Below, in pieces: positions 23,954-24,464 of a stretch of DNA of 24,464 nucleotides. The stretch is from a virus (Duplodnaviria; Caudoviricetes). The translations under genes and the position numbers were made by a program. The number at the start of each line of letters is the position of its first letter. Position 1 is the stretch's first letter. Where the stretch lies: positions 1 to 24,464 of the IMG/VR virus record IMGVR_UViG_3300006789_000153, one strand, 5' to 3'. Below the pieces are notes generated by a model, which was given only the letters and a program-made list of their open reading frames with translations, was not told the origin of the DNA and did no database searches.

Positions 23954-24463
23954 TTATTGCATTTGGTCTACTATGAAGTCAATCACCGTGTTCATGTTTA
24001 AACGCGCCATATCGGTTGCAAACCTGTTCTTGGTAGCGCGTTTAAACTTTGAGGCGGGCACCGTGCGAAGTTTGGCGTTATCGGGGATAACAAGTTTACA
24101 CTCGCGAAGCACCTGATTATTGACCCGGACACGTTCTGACTTGCCACTTGTCGAGTTATGCAGCTTGATAGCCAGCGCGGTCGTGCTGTCATTCATCGTC
24201 TGGAGCATGTAACTCGTCGATATGTTCAGGTTAGGGTCAAACTTCTGTAACGCTTGTGTAACTATCGTCTTGTACGTCCCCGGCGATATGGCGCTTATGT
24301 CGTTATCGACCATGTACAGCGCCATACAAGAGCAGGCACGCTCCATAGGTGTCTGTGCTGAGTCTGTCATCAGTTGTTTAGCTGACGTGCGTAGCGGCAA
24401 CGCCAGTTTAGCGGTGTCCGTGTCCTGTTCGAGAAGCCCGTGCCATACGAGCCACGCCCACTG
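23954..24463 (-). CDS. C-terminal part of a larger protein (runs off window); possibly primase/helicase C-terminus
   Basis: The frame is open to the window edge (QWAWLVWHGLLEQDTDTAKLALPLRTSAKQLMTDSAQTPME...), so the TTG at 24400 is probably not the start. PLRTSAKQLMTDSAQTPME resembles the P.T.AK..M...S..P.E segment that follows the helicase domain in phage primase-helicases. No catalytic motif is visible. Confidence 0.45.
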   Translation of the reverse strand, partial: QWAWLVWHGLLEQDTDTAKLALPLRTSAKQLMTDSAQTPMERACSCMALYMVDNDISAISPGTYKTIVTQALQKFDPNLNISTSYMLQTMNDSTTALAIKLHNSTSGKSERVRVNNQVLRECKLVIPDNAKLRTVPASKFKRATKNRFATDMARLNMNTVIDFIVDQMQ

Positions 24464-24464
24464 A

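Overview
The window is a continuous slice of a tailed dsDNA bacteriophage genome with podovirus-type (P22/BPP-1-like) gene order. On the + strand it runs: terminase large-subunit C-terminus, portal, an inserted lysis cassette (T4-lysozyme-like endolysin plus two membrane proteins), a small conserved protein, scaffold, major capsid, decoration protein, an HhH-like protein, tail adaptor, nozzle, GNAT protein, three ejection/internal virion proteins, a repeat-containing tail fibre, a duplicated LamG-like tip protein, two small proteins and an acidic EF-hand-repeat protein. Two convergent minus-strand genes close the window. The most unusual signals are: (1) 12 copies of the palindrome GTTTAAAC, where about 0.4 are expected, in several reading frames; (2) a roughly 190-nt capsid-gene leader with 25-nt-periodic CCCACGGA-like boxes and stems next to the RBS; (3) ABAB 207-bp tail-fibre repeats that are near-identical in protein but heavily recoded in DNA; (4) a Peptidase_S74-type autocleaving chaperone on an ejection protein; (5) a 638-aa EF-hand/NPDV-motif orphan. 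All product calls come from motif recognition and synteny. No database searches were run.
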